The translations under genes were made by a program, and so were the position numbers. Positions 35,985-49,370 of a DNA stretch of 60,000 nt are shown piece by piece. The notes under the pieces are model-generated. The model was not told where the DNA came from. It ran no database searches and worked only from the letters and a program-made list of their open reading frames with translations. Each line of letters begins with the position of its first letter. Within the stretch, counting starts at the first letter, position 1. Source of the DNA: Camelus dromedarius (Eukaryota); NCBI RefSeq assembly GCF_036321535.1, contig NC_087438.1:1924001-1984000 (forward strand), in the 5' to 3' direction.

Positions 35985-36245
35985 TGTCTCCGTCTGTGTG
36001 ACCTCTCTCTGCACCTACGTGTCCACCTTTCCATCTGCACCCGTGTCCACATCTGTGTGTTTATCTCTGTGCCTGTTCCCATAGCCATACTGACCTCTGT
36101 CAGCACCGCGCCCGTCGTCGACAGGCCATCCGCTCCTGCCCTCCGCTCGCAGCTGCGTCCATGTCATCTACACCGGCACCTCTGGGTCCGTGTCCATCTC
36201 CATAACCAAACCTATACTTACGTCCATCTCTATCTCCATATGTAT
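35985..36245. repeat. Eroded 6-bp-period simple repeat ((TCTATA)n-like)
   Basis: Recurrent tctgtg/tccatc/cctata/tctcca hexamers. Confidence 0.55.
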
Positions 36246-36249
36246 TATC

Positions 36250-36640
36250 TGAAGTGGCATTTGGAAAAAAATGGAGACGTGTAAGGTGAAAGTTACCTTT
36301 TAATCTCACACCCAGATATCAGCGCTAATGGTTTGATAGGTTCTTTTTCTATGTATTTGTCCGTATTGTACATACATGGAATAAGACGGCATTTACACTT
36401 TCAAGCCCTGGTTTTGCACGTATGTCATACAAGCGTTTTCCAACATCATCACGGAGTCTCATTGCTCAAAAAACGTTTATTCCTACAACCTCCCAAAACG
36501 CACAGAACCTCCCTCCGCGGTTAGACTTACAAACTGGCAGCGACAGGTGGCACTCCAGTGAACATCTCTGTGCGCGGAGCTTCTCGGGACTTGGAGAGAG
36601 AGTGCAGGGTTTCAGCCGTACACCTGAGGTGCTAAGCTGA
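36250..36640 (-). mobile_element. Old L1ME-type 3' fragment
   Basis: aaggtgaaagttacctttaatctcacacccagata...tttttctatgtatt...atggaataagac...gtcatacaagcgttttccaacatcat. Confidence 0.5.
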
Positions 36641-38399
36641 GATGCAGACGTGTCCTGGGCGTCCTGAAGCTGAAACGCATCCAGAAAGTGCTGTGTGTTG
36701 GCTCCCTGGCCTCACTGGTGGTGTGCGCTGGAAGGAGAAGCGTGGCGGGACACTGGTGCTGGTGCTCACAGAGGTGCCCGGACCCCACGCGGCTCACACA
36801 CGGGCCTCCCTGCCACCAGGGAAGGCAGGCACGGTCCACAAGCTGGACGTGCTTGGCTATTTCACTCAAATTTGGCATCCCTGGGGAATTCGCACAAGTC
36901 ATGAGAGTTTTCATGGAGACCACTGACTTCAGGTGTGTCAAACCTCCCGTGAACAACAGAAAACCCTGGTGATAATGTCCCTCAGCACAGGCTTCTCTTT
37001 AGGCTCAGCCAGGAGCTGCGACTTTCCTCCCAAGTGGCTGATATTTTAATAATACTTTCACTGTTGCATAAACTTAACCTTGGGTCATCTGCCTGGAAAC
37101 GCACCATCCCCCACCAGCAGCCGATTTCTTCTGATAAATCCTTAAGAGAGGCGTTCATACCTTGAGAGACGCCCACTGAACAAGCCTGGCGGAGCCCAGG
37201 GGTGCAGAGCTCCGGGTCAGAGACGCCGCGGCAAACCGGGCACCCCCGTGGGCGACGGGGGCGGCTCTCACGTGGCTGCTGTGCCGCCCCTCGGGCCCCA
37301 TGCCCCCCAGCTGGGCAGGAGGGACAAGGCCTCTGCACGGGGCATCGCGGGAAGGCTCAGGGCAACTTCCTGCAACAGAAAAGCTCCGTCCAGTGGTCCC
37401 CTGGTCAGGACACAGGAGCCAGGCCTTGTGCTGGACGGCTGGTGAGAAGCCAGGTGCTGGGAGGACCTCCTGATCCTGCCCAGACGGAGGTACCAGTCCT
37501 TCCCCTCGGGCCAGGCCGGGCCTGCTCCTGGGCTCTCATTCTCGTGCCTGGCGCGGTGACGACCCAGCGTCCTTCCGGCACTTGCTGTCAGACCCAGGAC
37601 CACTCTGGTGCTCAAGGGACGGGCCTCACAGCCGCCTGCAATATCCAGGGGCCTCCCCGGCCACATCCACAGAGAAGGCCTGCTCACGTCTGTGCCCTGA
37701 GGTCCCCCCTCTCCTCCGCCCTGCTCTGTCTCCTGCCCTCCTGGCCTCCAAATGCCTCGACCAGGTGCCACCCCCCCCCCAGCTGGATGGTGGGGAGCAG
37801 AATCGGGCTGGGCAGAGAGTCTGGGGAGGCTGCTGCTGTGGCAGGAGCCAGTCCCGCTGGGTCCTGCTTCTGCAGCCCTGGAAGGCTCCAGAAGGGATGG
37901 GCTGACTCGATGCAGGGGACGGGGCTCAGTGGCCCTGGGCAGGGTCTCTGCGGGGGTCTTCTTGAGCAACTCTGACCGACTTGACTCCCACCTGACGGCT
38001 GGCCCTCTGCCTGCAGGACGGGCCCCTCTGAACTCTCCATCCCGTGAACTCCCCAGGGCTCCGCCTGCAACTTGGCTTTAATAAGCTGGGTTTTGTGTAG
38101 TTACACTATATTCTTTCTTTCTCTGGGACACTGCACTGTTTTCATTAGGGGGTTGGTTCCAAATGACAAAGACACATTTGGTAGTTGATACAAGTTGAGG
38201 CCAGGAAACGTTTGTCAGGAGCCTGAGGGAGCCCAGCCCTGTGTCCCGTAACCGGAACCAGAAGTTGGCTTGATACTGGAAGTCGGTTTGATTTTTTTGC
38301 AGTGCTTGTGATAACAGACACCGTGATAAAGATGCTTGCATCTCCGCCCGCTCAGTCCGTTTTGCAGGTGAAAGGATGGCCTCTCTGACACTGCTGTAT

Positions 38400-38740
38400 C
38401 CCTGATGCCATTCTGTCCACCTCCGAGGGGCCAGCGTGGATGCCCCCCTGATGCTCTACATCCGTGGCCTTCTTGATTTTACTTCTGCCCCTGCTTCTAC
38501 ACGCTCCTTGGTCCTTGGCACACCACCTTCGTGGGGTTCCCATCTTCTCGCTCCATCTGCCCACTCCCCGGACAGGCGGCCTGCAAAGCCACGGGCAGTG
38601 GCACCACTGTGACCCGGGACCAGAGGCCCCGGCCCAGGTAAAAGGTGATAAACCAGGAAGGAAAACGTGATGTGCCTTTGTCAGAGACCCTCATCAGCCG
38701 CCGGCTTGATCCATTTGCCTTGGAATTACTCAGTTTACTA
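38400..38740 (+). mobile_element. Decayed L2 fragment
   Basis: cttctgcccctgctt...gtggggttcccatcttctcgctccatctgcccactccc...catttgccttgga resembles L2 ORF2/3' region. Confidence 0.4.
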
Positions 38741-39860
38741 CTTGTGATATTTATGTGTGTATCCTGCAAATGTAGTCACTTATCCTGATGCAACTTGCCT
38801 GGAATTTCTTTCAAATTAGTGTAAATATTTCTGGAGGATAAAGGCTGATATATTCCCTGTTGTCAGGGTCTTCATTCCCGCTGTACCTCACAGGTGATAG
38901 ACTCCAGGGCTGACTTACTTTTTTAGGTGAAACCAACCAAGGAGACGTGCTGGACGAGGATTCTGCTCTGTTGGCATCACATAAAATTCATGTTCTGTTT
39001 TGACAACTCAGCCAAAATAAGAGGCACGCGTTCAAAGATTTGTTTCTGAAAATTCAGAATAAATGTATTCCACAAACTAAAAACCATTTGAAAATGCATA
39101 CAAGCAAATGCTGGTTAACTGCTACGTGCATAGCTTGCGGGCAATTGTCATTAATCTTTAAATCATGTTCACAATGAATCAAAATGACGGTAAGACACAG
39201 TCATCTATCTTATAGTAAATCTAACAAAAATGATTAGATAAAACACACAAAGTCGAAACATACACTTTCCATCTTGATTGATCCTGGTTAGAAAGCGCAC
39301 ATGCGGAGCCCTGCAGGTGTTCCTGGGTTCGCCCATCAGCCACGCCGGTGTTCGTCTGCTTTCTGGTGAAGACAGTGGTACCCACGCCGGGTCTGTTTCA
39401 GAGTCTCAGCGTCTTCCCGGATGAAGCCTGTTGGCAGCGCTGTTCCTACCAGCGTCCACCACCGTCATCGTACGGGCCCGATTCCAGGGCCATGCTTTGC
39501 GACTGCTTGTCTAGAGCATCTGGAAGTGCGGGTCTGGCCTGGAGAAGGCATCGCGAGACTGCATCTCGCTGAAGTGGGCACTGGGCCTGTGGTGGATGTC
39601 TGAGGAAGGTCAGCGTCTCTGTGGGTGGCTGGGGCAAGACGCAACGAAGATTCCATCAGTGATCACCCAAAAAGTGGAGGAAAAAACAGGTTAAAACAGA
39701 GTTCTGACGTCGGACACTGAAGGTGACCTCTGCTCTACAAAGGGGTCTTGGTGACGCTGAGTGACATGGGAGGACGAGGCAGTCACCCTGATGCAGCTCC
39801 CTGTCTGTCTTCCTCCTTCCTTTCCTCCTTCCCCCCACCCGCCATGTGCTCCATCTCTCT

Positions 39861-39886
39861 GCAGACAGACAGACAGACAGACAGAC
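39861..39886. repeat. (CAGA)6 microsatellite
   Basis: Read directly. Confidence 0.9.
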
Positions 39887-42800
39887 CGGTGGCTGGCTGG
39901 TTCCCACGGGGAGCCTGGGCCCTCTCTCTGGGGCTTGGAGGTGGAGCACCAAGCCCTCGACCTACTTTGCCAACATCAAAACATGGCCTTAGGATTCTGG
40001 AAAACAAAATAATAAAAATAAAATATTAGGAAATGCATAATACCCTGTAATAACATAAGGCTAATTCACGGTGTTTTTTTTTTTTAATTCAAATCGGCTC
40101 ATCTCCTTTCCACTTTGTGATTTTTCTCCGCTCTCCGTTCTGGTCACGGTGTCTGAGGCCTTCTGCTGGCTGAGGGACGGCGGCCCAGCTTGGCACGAAG
40201 GCTCGGATAGCTGCCCCGTCCCACGGACTGTCCTCCGTGGGTGTGGCTCACCAAAGGAGGCGTGGCTTGGTCTCCGCAGGTGACTAGGGAACTGGGGACC
40301 GCTGGACGCCTGCTGCCGCAGCTGCAGGCTATACCTTCTTAGAGATTTGAGCCAAACGTGGTCACTGCCTCCATTGGTCGTTAAAATGCTGTAAATTCAG
40401 GCCCCTTTTGCTCACCATACACAATCCTAGAAGCTACATATGAGAGCGGATCTGTTCTCTCTAAGCTCTGGGCTCATGTTTAGAAGGTAAAATTCATGAA
40501 TTCACCCGTCGGCGGCCTGGCGGGCCCCCCCCTAGGTGGGAAGGGTGCAGCTGTGCCCACGGTAGGTCCCTCAAGGAGGGAACGGAGCCCCAGAAGGAGG
40601 CTTTTACAAGCCAGGGACAGGACGGGGTGGGACACGGCCGATCCCGGGAACTGGACGGCGTCTGAGAGGGGCTGGTCCCAAACGCCCTGGAGGAGGAAAG
40701 ACCTGGAGACTCTCAAAGTGGAGAATCTTCCAGAACCTGGGCCCCAGAATCTGGGTAGCTTAGTGGGGCCACCAGGTTCGCCTGGTGCTGGGTTCGTGGC
40801 TGCTGTGAAGACGTGGAGACATAACGAAGAAAGGGAGATTTTACTGTCTAAAGCGTGGCTTAATGCAGCTGAATTTTCTCTAATTCATTTGAGAACAAAT
40901 TTTGAAAATCATGGCTCCTGATGGCAGGCAGTTTTGAGTGAGAACATTCAGAAGGGGACAGGAAGGTGACAGGACGTAGGCTGACGGTGAGGACGACAGG
41001 CCCCCACAGCCCGCGCAGACCCCCGCCATCTCCGCCCGACCCCCTTGGCTCCTCTGAGCTTTACCCCGCAATAGCCTTTCCATCCCCTCGCTCCTTCTGT
41101 GGGGGGGGGGGGTGCTCGGAAGCCCTGGTCCCTGGGGGCCGCATCAGGCCCTGAGGTCAGCTCCTGCGGCAGGACAACCCCGCCCCGGACCTGGGGGGCC
41201 TCAGCCTGCAAGTCTTAGGCCTGCTGGAGGGTGGTGTCATCTGGCACCTCCCTCTGGACTGTTGTTTCGGGGGAATATCACCAAATTTTATAAAAGTTTG
41301 AGCTCTGGCCTGAATCCAAGACCACGAAGCAGTGTGGACAGCTGGGGGCTGGGGCTTCCGCAGGGCAGGGCACAGCCTCCCGGCCCGCAGCTCTGCGGGC
41401 CCCTCCCTGACGCTCGGCAAACACAGGTCGGACAGACGGACGAGGGGCTGTCAGCAGCTCCTCCCACACTCCTGACAGCTGCTTCTGTGAAGCCGCCTGA
41501 TGTCACTCTGATATTCTGACTCCACGTTAAGCCAGTGAGCCCCCACTTTTTCCGAGCTACAACTGAGGCACCCCCAGCATTAACTCACGAAAGGAATTAT
41601 TTCATCCCAATTTTCCTCATTAAGATTATATTCATCACTGTGACTGTTGATATCAGCTTTAAATTTACAAAAAGAAGCCCTTGGGCTCACACAGCCTGGT
41701 GAGAGGAGGAGGCCTTCTCCCCTTGTCTGAGCGCAGCGGCGCGGACGCGGGGCCAGGAGCGTGTCCGCACACGGAGGAGCGTCTTCGTGGTGAGTGAGCC
41801 GAGGCCGTCGGTTAAGGTCCCAGATCACAGGTGACGCAGGTCTCGAAGCCCAGGGGCCGTTCACAGCATCGCGTCTCATCCCCGCACACCTAGACCTGCT
41901 TCAGTCAGAAATGGCGCCCCTGGAGCCGGGCCTGTGGCTCTGGGGGCCGAGATCCCCGGGACCCCCTGCCATCCCCGTGCGCCTCGGGCTGAGCCTTCAG
42001 GGGAAGAGGGGGTCACTGCTGATCCTGAAGCACGGCCAGTGGGGGGTGCTCAGGCCTGGTGGTGATAGGGGGGCACCCTGCAGGGAGACCGGGGTCCTTC
42101 CTGAAGGGAGATGGACCCGCAAAGGACACGCCATTGGGTTCAGGCCCCAAGGACATGCTCTCTGTCTGGGGAAGGGCCAGCTTTGGCCTCAGTTCCCAGA
42201 CAAGGCTCTGGCCACCAGCTCTGTGAGGAGGGTGGAGATTGGGGGGCGGGGGGGCTGTAAGCCTACGGTGAGTCAGTGGCAGCGCCCCTGGGGCCACAGG
42301 ACGAGTCCTCGAGCCCCTTCCTAGGGCATGCCCGGCCTTTCCTGATGTGAAAAGGGGACCCGGGATTGGGGCGCGCCTCCCAGGGCTTCCGAGATCCCCC
42401 ACCATTTGGTCTATACCCTCCACTCCTCTTCACTGAGAAGGCATTTCATTTCCGCCAACCCTGCTGCCCTCGCCACCAGCCCCACCGCCAGAGCCAGCCC
42501 CACCCTCCGGGCCCCAAATGCCAGGCCTCGGCCGGGAGCACGGAGCAAGGGACCGAGTGACTTCCGGGAGGAGGTCTTCATTTCGTGACGTAGGTCCCCC
42601 CGTTAGGAAGGACTCGGGAGGAGACGGGATTTCTTGCAAAGGGTCCGGGGGGCTCCGGCTTCACACCAAAATCGACCTCACTTCGCTGCGTCTGGGCACA
42701 GTCCCTGAGGCCTGCCCTGGCCTCCCCCTCCCTCACCCGCATCCGCAGCTCAGCTGAGCCCGCAGGGCCTGCAGCTCGACCCGGCCTCCAGCGCCAGCCC

Positions 42801-44329
42801 CTCCCTGAAGCCCAGTCCCAGCCCCTGGCAGGGGTGTCTGTGCGAATGCTGGGCTGCCCTCCTGGAGAGGCTGGGGAACGGATGCCTCTCCCCCTCCCCC
42901 ACTCCTCGGGCCCCTTTCCACCTGGAGCGGGAGGGAGAAGAATCCAGAAGTCGAGGATGGTGGGAAAGGAGCACCGGGCATGAGGCAGGCAGCATCAGGA
43001 CGGGGCGGGGTGGGGGGAGGCGTCTGGGGAAACGCACCTCCTGGTCTGACCCCGGGAAGCAGGGCTGCAGGGGGGCCTCACTGCACTTACGGTATTTGTT
43101 GTAAAAGTGTTTGTTTTAAAACTGGAGGAGGATGAGGGAGGGAGGTTGGGGGCTGAGTCTCAGCAGAGACAGAAGCGGGACAAGGGTGGGGACAGGGCTG
43201 GGAGCAGTGAGGTTCCTGCAGCTCTTCCCCAGCGTGCATGTCCCCAGTGGGTGTCACAAAGGTGCAGGGTGAGCCTCCTGTCCCCTCTGAGCGGCAGGGG
43301 GCCCTTTGCCCCCCGTGTGGGGCCTGTGTTGGAGCCGCTTCTCGGTCTGTGGCTGCTCTGGCCCCATCCCTGACCGCCTGCCTCCTGAACCCAGTCGGGA
43401 GCCCCTGGGAGCTGGGCCCCACCACCAGCCACCAACACTACTGGAGGCAAAACTGAGTCAAAAAGAGAAAGAAAGACCAGCTGGAGCGCCAGGCCCCTTC
43501 TCCTCAGAGGAGGCTGGAGGCCGGAGCTCGGCCCGCGGGCGGCAGGGGTCTCGGGCCTGGGAGGGGAGGCGGGCTCGCCTGGCTGCTGGCCCGCTTTCCA
43601 GGCTGCGCTTGTGTTTGTGGCAAATGCCTTGGCCTTCGGGGTAGAGCCAGATCAAAGGGGGCAAAGGCAGCTGGTGCAGAGTCATCGGGCCAGCTCTGAG
43701 AGGCGTGGTTTTTCCCCTCTGCCCCCACGGCGGCGGCCGTGGGGGAGCCCTCCTGCCTCCCGACACAGGGCCACGCGGCCGTCACTGGCCCTAAAGCCGT
43801 AATGAGGGGATCATCGCCGGCGAGGAGCGGGAGTCCCACCACGGCCGCGCGCCACGGTCGGCTGTGCAGTAACCAGACAGGCGCCCGGTGACATCCCAGC
43901 CACACTCCCCGGATGGAAGCCCTCTCTCTCTGCTTCTGCAGAGGTAACGAGGAAGTAATGAGGCTTGACCCGAGTGTTCTCAGCCCAGTCCCCCTTCCCC
44001 GGGTCCCCACAGGATGGAGTGAGACGTTGGATTTCTGTAAAAGCTGTGCGGATCGCCAGTGGGAAGACGTGAGCCAAGCCCTGCGCGCTGAGGCTGCCGG
44101 TGGGAGAGGCTCAGACACAGCCGGGCCCTTGCAGTGCCATCAGAGCGCCCGCTCCTCCCTGCCCAGCAGGACAGCCTGACGCTGTGCAGGCCCCGCCAAG
44201 CCGCTGCCTGTCTGTGCTGTCACTTGATGGATGAGCAGTCCTGACCTTTCCAGGCTGCCCCGTCCGCCCACCCCTCTCCCTGGGCCCGCGCCCCCTCCTT
44301 TTGGTCTCCTTTTCAGGTTTGCCACATTC

Positions 44330-44860
44330 AACTGGGCAAACAGGCAAATCCCCCAAAAAGGTAGGCAGAGGGCTGTTTGAGATCATTAGCTTAATTTGAG
44401 CTGAAGGGTCTTTGTTGTAGGTTGGGGAGGGGAGGGGCCTGGGGACCTTCCAGAGTTTTGCTGGCTCGCTTGTTGAGATAGGATTGCCTTTGTTGTGATA
44501 ATCTGAAATTAATTTGCACTTGAACCCATCTTTCTTCTGGGCTCCCTTTAAACGCTGTTATAATTACGCGCCCAGCACGAGATGCAGTGTGAGCCCTGGT
44601 AGGGCAAGGCGGAACGCGTGAATTCCCCAGGTGCGGAGGGCTTCATCCCGCTGTCTCACAAGGTAATAAAACAAAATGTTCCAGCGCACGTGCTCAGGAG
44701 CCAGGTACTTGCCGGAGGGGAGACAGGGATAATCAGGGCATCGCTACACATTTGACTGTGTACCTTCTCAGTGGGTCAGTCATGCTCCTTTACAGTGATG
44801 TTAAACTTCTGCTGCCATTAGTTGGTTTGTACCTGGAATGCTATTAAAAACAAAAGTGAG
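44330..44860. promoter_or_regulatory. Candidate enhancer/conserved non-coding element
   Basis: Non-repetitive AT-richer island in GC-rich context with SOX-like CTTTGTT x2, TAATTA/TAATTT homeodomain cores and GATAA. Confidence 0.4.
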
Positions 44861-47800
44861 ATGGTCTGTTTTATCCTATTTCAGCCGCTCCTCATCTAAG
44901 AGGCTTTGTCTCCGGCATCCGTCTTCTCAGGTTTTCTCCTCCTCCTAACACGCACGGCTGATCTGAGCAGAGCACCTCTTGCCGCAGTGTGCGCGGCAGC
45001 GTCCCTATCAGCATTCTTTCAGTTTTAACCCAGGTTAGGGTTTTCGGTGAGGAATCTCATTAACTCCGGCAAGCCCATCTCCTTTTGTGGCCGCCTCAGG
45101 AATCGTAATGGACTGAAAGGCCAGCGGGCCTCCCCTGGGGGCTCCATGCTTCTTTCAATCGGCCTGCAGTTTTGAATAACTACGCTCTCCTCGAACAGAG
45201 ACCTCTGGACGGTTGGGAGTAAACTGAGGTTTCCCCTCGCTCAAACTGGTAACAGGGACCCGTTGGGAAGGGGGCAGCTGGGGGAGGAAGCCGTCAGGGG
45301 ATCCTGGCCTCTGGGTCCCCTCCCCTCCCCCCACTGTCGCCCCTCCGCTCTCCCCACCCCACCCCCTCCCTGCAGTGGCCACAGCCACATCAGTGGACTC
45401 AGCTCCGAAAAACAGCCTGTAAATTATGTCATCTCATCCAAGTGCTTAGAAGAAACAGCAGTTTCACAGTCACACGAAGCCGAGAACCCCCTGCCCAACA
45501 GGAGCACCGGGCAGAAGCCGGACAAAGAAGGCAGTGCCCGGGGAGACTCTGGGGGGTTGAAGAGGAAATCTGCTCACTTCAGATCACCCTTCATGCGTCT
45601 TAGAAATGACAGAACACACAGACCTGGCTTATTTTAGGAATGAAGTCTTCAAGGGTCAGAAATCATGGTGATTCACAGAATAAAGCATTGTCCTCTAAGT
45701 GCCGGTGTGTTAACACGGCGATCGGTCTGGGCAGCAGGTTTACGGCCCGCTCTCCTCAGTGACAGCTTTGAATTTCCACAATGTAGATGAGCGACTGGGA
45801 ACAATGTTATTCTTAAAGAAACGATCCGTTTGTAGAGCGGCTTCATCCTCTCTGAGTGGCCGTTCTATGTGCGCTGTTAGCATTTCAGGGGAGATGAGGG
45901 GCGCTCCCTCTTGGAGACGGACTGTGCTCATAACGGGGCAGCTTCATCTGCTGCTCCCCAAAGCCTATCACAGCGGACTCAGGAGCAGCGCCTCTGTCCC
46001 GTGCCCACTTTTCTTCCTGCGTGGTTTTAGACAAAGGATCGAGCGACGCTTCAGCAGCTCCTGGGCAGGCCTTCTGAGGAAGGCCGCGCCGCGTGCGTGC
46101 GCCGAGCGCAGGCAGGGGCAGGCGCGTCGTCAGACAGAGGAGGGCCGGGCGCGCACGGCCAGGGCAGGTGTGGCTGTGTCCCGGATCAGAGGCAAGGGGC
46201 TGTGCCCACTTTCCTGCAGAGGAGCTGTCTGTGGGCCGTCATCGTGCAGGAGGTGGAGAGGTGTCCCCTACCAGCACGTGAAAGAGGAGCAGGTCACTAG
46301 CATCACACAACGGAGGTGTCCAAGTCGCGCAGAGGAGCAGGGGCGCCCTTCTCACGCGGAGGCCATGTAGAGCTGCGGGCGTGCCCAGCACTACACGAAG
46401 AAGACCGCTGGTGCTTCCATCAAACACAGAGATGCAGGCACACCTGGCATCACACATCAGAGTAATGGGCACCCGGCATCGTCTGGAAGAGGCCTGGCTA
46501 CGCTTGTTATCATATTAAACAGGTGCCAGTGCCTAGTGTCCTGTGAGGAGGGGTGGGTGTCCCCACCCTCCTGGAGAGACGTGGACCTGAGCATAGAGGA
46601 GGTGTGTGTGCCTCCCCTGCTGTGGGGGCCAGGGAGTGTCTCCATCACAGACGTGGTGGGGATGCAGCCCTTCATCACCTGCGTCCTGCAGAGAAGGTGT
46701 GAGTCTGTTGGTTCACAGCTCTTGCCCCATGGGCACCCCAACTTGCCACAGTGTCAGGGACTCCCCACGAAGTGTCCCAGGAAGGGCACAGCTGCAAAGC
46801 AGCATGGTGGCCCCTGCACTGGGCGGACGGGGCCAGGTGGTCTCCCGGCTGAGCTTCGCCTCTGCCCAGCGCCTCCCCCGGGCTCTGCGTCCGCACGCTG
46901 GGTCACGCCGCGCACATCCCCATCTGGGCTGACCAGCCGCTGGGGCCAAGCAGCCCTCTGCAAACAAAGCCGGCAGCGCGTTGCTCTTAGGATGACATCT
47001 CCTGATCTCATTACTGATCGTCTGCTTTCCTGGGTCTTGTTTCCTGAAAGTCTGATACGGGGCAAAGAGGTGACAAAAGATCGGCGCTGGGCTCTGGAAA
47101 TTAAGTGGCCAGCCGCGAGGTCAGCGCCCGCCCGGGGCTGGAGTGTTTGGCTACAGCGTGCGATGCCATCTTGACTTAATCTCTCCCTCCTTATCTCGCG
47201 CCTGTTTTGAGCCCTCCCAGGCAATTTAGCAGCATGCCGCTGACTCCTATCACCTCGCTGCCCCACCAAGAGCCCCTTTTCGAGTGATGGATCAGCTCCT
47301 CAGGTAAACAACTGAGGGCTCCTCCTCAACGGGAAAACGCTCCTTAACTGACAACAAGGGCCTGCGGCAAGCACTGCAGGCGGCACAGCCATTCACAGCC
47401 GCCTCTGGCCAGGACTCTTGCGGTCCTGAAACTCGCCCTGGTTCTCAAGGCCGGGGGTCTGTTAAAGCCAATGAGTCCTATCCTTGAACTCACTGCAGGG
47501 AGCGCGTGCGCACAGCTCACAGCCCCACAGACGAGAGGGAGGGGCCAAGACACCTGCTGGGGCCCCTGAAAAGTCAGTCCACGTGGGGCCCCTCCTGTCA
47601 CGGGACCACAGAGATGTGCACATCCAAGCACCGCCAGGACTTGGGTGTTTAAGACCAGCTCAGTTTCCAGGGAGGGCTGATAGGGACTGAGGCCTCCTGG
47701 TCACAAAGGACCAATGACAAGCACGGTGTTCAAAGCACAGTTATTTTTCTTCCCATCTGCCTCCATCCCCTCCCACTCCCTACGTTGAACTGATATTAGA

Positions 47801-48639
47801 TCCCCTTTACCCAGATTTAGCTGGGCCGGGGGAGCCGACAAGCGAGGCAGGTGGGACACGGCATTCCTGGGCGCTCCCTGTGGCACAGAACCTTCGGTGC
47901 TCAGCACTGAGAGTTCTCGGCCTTCGCAGGCTTGGTTTCAGGGTGATCGGGGCAGGGACGCTCCTCTGAGGTTATGGAAGAGCAGCACTTGGACCTTCTC
48001 CGGGTTCCCTCCACCTGGACCACCTCATCACTGCATCCACAGGCTGAAAGGATGTGAAAACCTGAGATGGAGAAGAGATGAGAGCCACACTGTGGGCACC
48101 AGGAGGCACCAGCAGGCTGAAATCCCCACTCGCCAGGCACCGTGTTGGGTTTCTCACAGGCGCTGAGGGTGTGTGACGTCCTTCGGGCTTGTCTTGGCTA
48201 AGCGAGGCCCTGGACATTTGCTTCCCCTCTTTTTCAGCAGGAACTTTAGGGGCACAGTGTGTGGTGCTTGTGTGACTTTGAAATCAGGTACAACTGATGT
48301 GCAAGAACCCCCAGGGCCCTGGTCCGCAGCACAGGTGCCCAGGAAGGGTTCCTCTCCACGTTTACCTTCCCATGGTTGATACCGGTGCTCTGAGAGGTTA
48401 CTGCAGACTGAAGATGCCACCTGTCCTCCCCAAGGCCAGGGGTGTGGGGGACGCCACACAAGCCGCGAGTGCAGGAGGAAGAGCGGGGAGCTGACTTTGT
48501 GGTCCTGCATGGTGGGCACTTCCACTCTGCAGAAGCTGTCTTTCTCACGCTGGACACTGATCAGACGTGCTCTGTATTCCCTTCGAATCAAAATTGAGGC
48601 AGTCTCTCTGTCTCAGCAACTGAGCTCTGTCTCGTCTGC

Positions 48640-49370
48640 TAAGCACCGTTATGCTCCAGCTGTGGAATTCACCCCCTCCCCGGGGAGTCACTGGCAGGTG
48701 CACACAGTCACATCCCCCAAAGTCCATTTAGGCCCCAACTTAAGAGACAGTTGCAACCCTTCTCTTGCTGTCACTGCTCATCCAGACCCAATCCCTTTGA
48801 AGGGGTCCTATTGGACTCACTTCCAAAAGGTCTCCAGAATCTGAGTCATTCCATGAGCTCTGCTGGTCCCTCCTGTCCACTCCCAGCTCACTGCTCTGCC
48901 CCACAACTCATCCCATGGGGTAGCCAGAGGGTTCTTCTGAAAATACCAACCTGGCTCCTAGGGCTTCAGCAGCTCCCCGGAGTGGCTGGAATCCGGCTTC
49001 CCACATGGCCCTCTGCCCCAGCTGCACTGGCCTCTCAGTGGGTCTACAAAACCTCCATTCAGATTATTTCTGCCCCAGGACCTTTGCACTGATGGCAAAA
49101 GCTCTTCTCTCCACTCAGACATCACCTCCATTACTTCCTTACAGAGAGATGCTCTTTGGAAAGCAAAGTCGAACCTCTCAAGGGTGGCACTGACTCACTG
49201 TAGACAGAGAGGGAGCTCCTCCCTTGGGCTCTTGCTGGCCAACTGGTATCATCAAACGTAGTCAAGACAGGCTCCCAGGTGACTGGGTGTCCTGACGGGT
49301 CTCCTCCCCTCCACACTGCCCTGCCTCACTGGGGTCAGGCTTGCAATGTGTCCTCATGTCCATGGTCAGA
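48640..49370 (+). mobile_element. L2 LINE 3' region
   Basis: gtcctattggactcacttccaaaaggtctccagaatctg...gtagccagagggttcttctgaaaatac...ccagctgcactggcctc...tgccccaggacctttgcactg. Confidence 0.75.

Noticed and set aside
36535..36558. CTCF-like CAGGTGGCAC (also ~9034 and ~56278)
   Set aside because: Lacks the 5' CC(A/G)(C/G) half of the core motif
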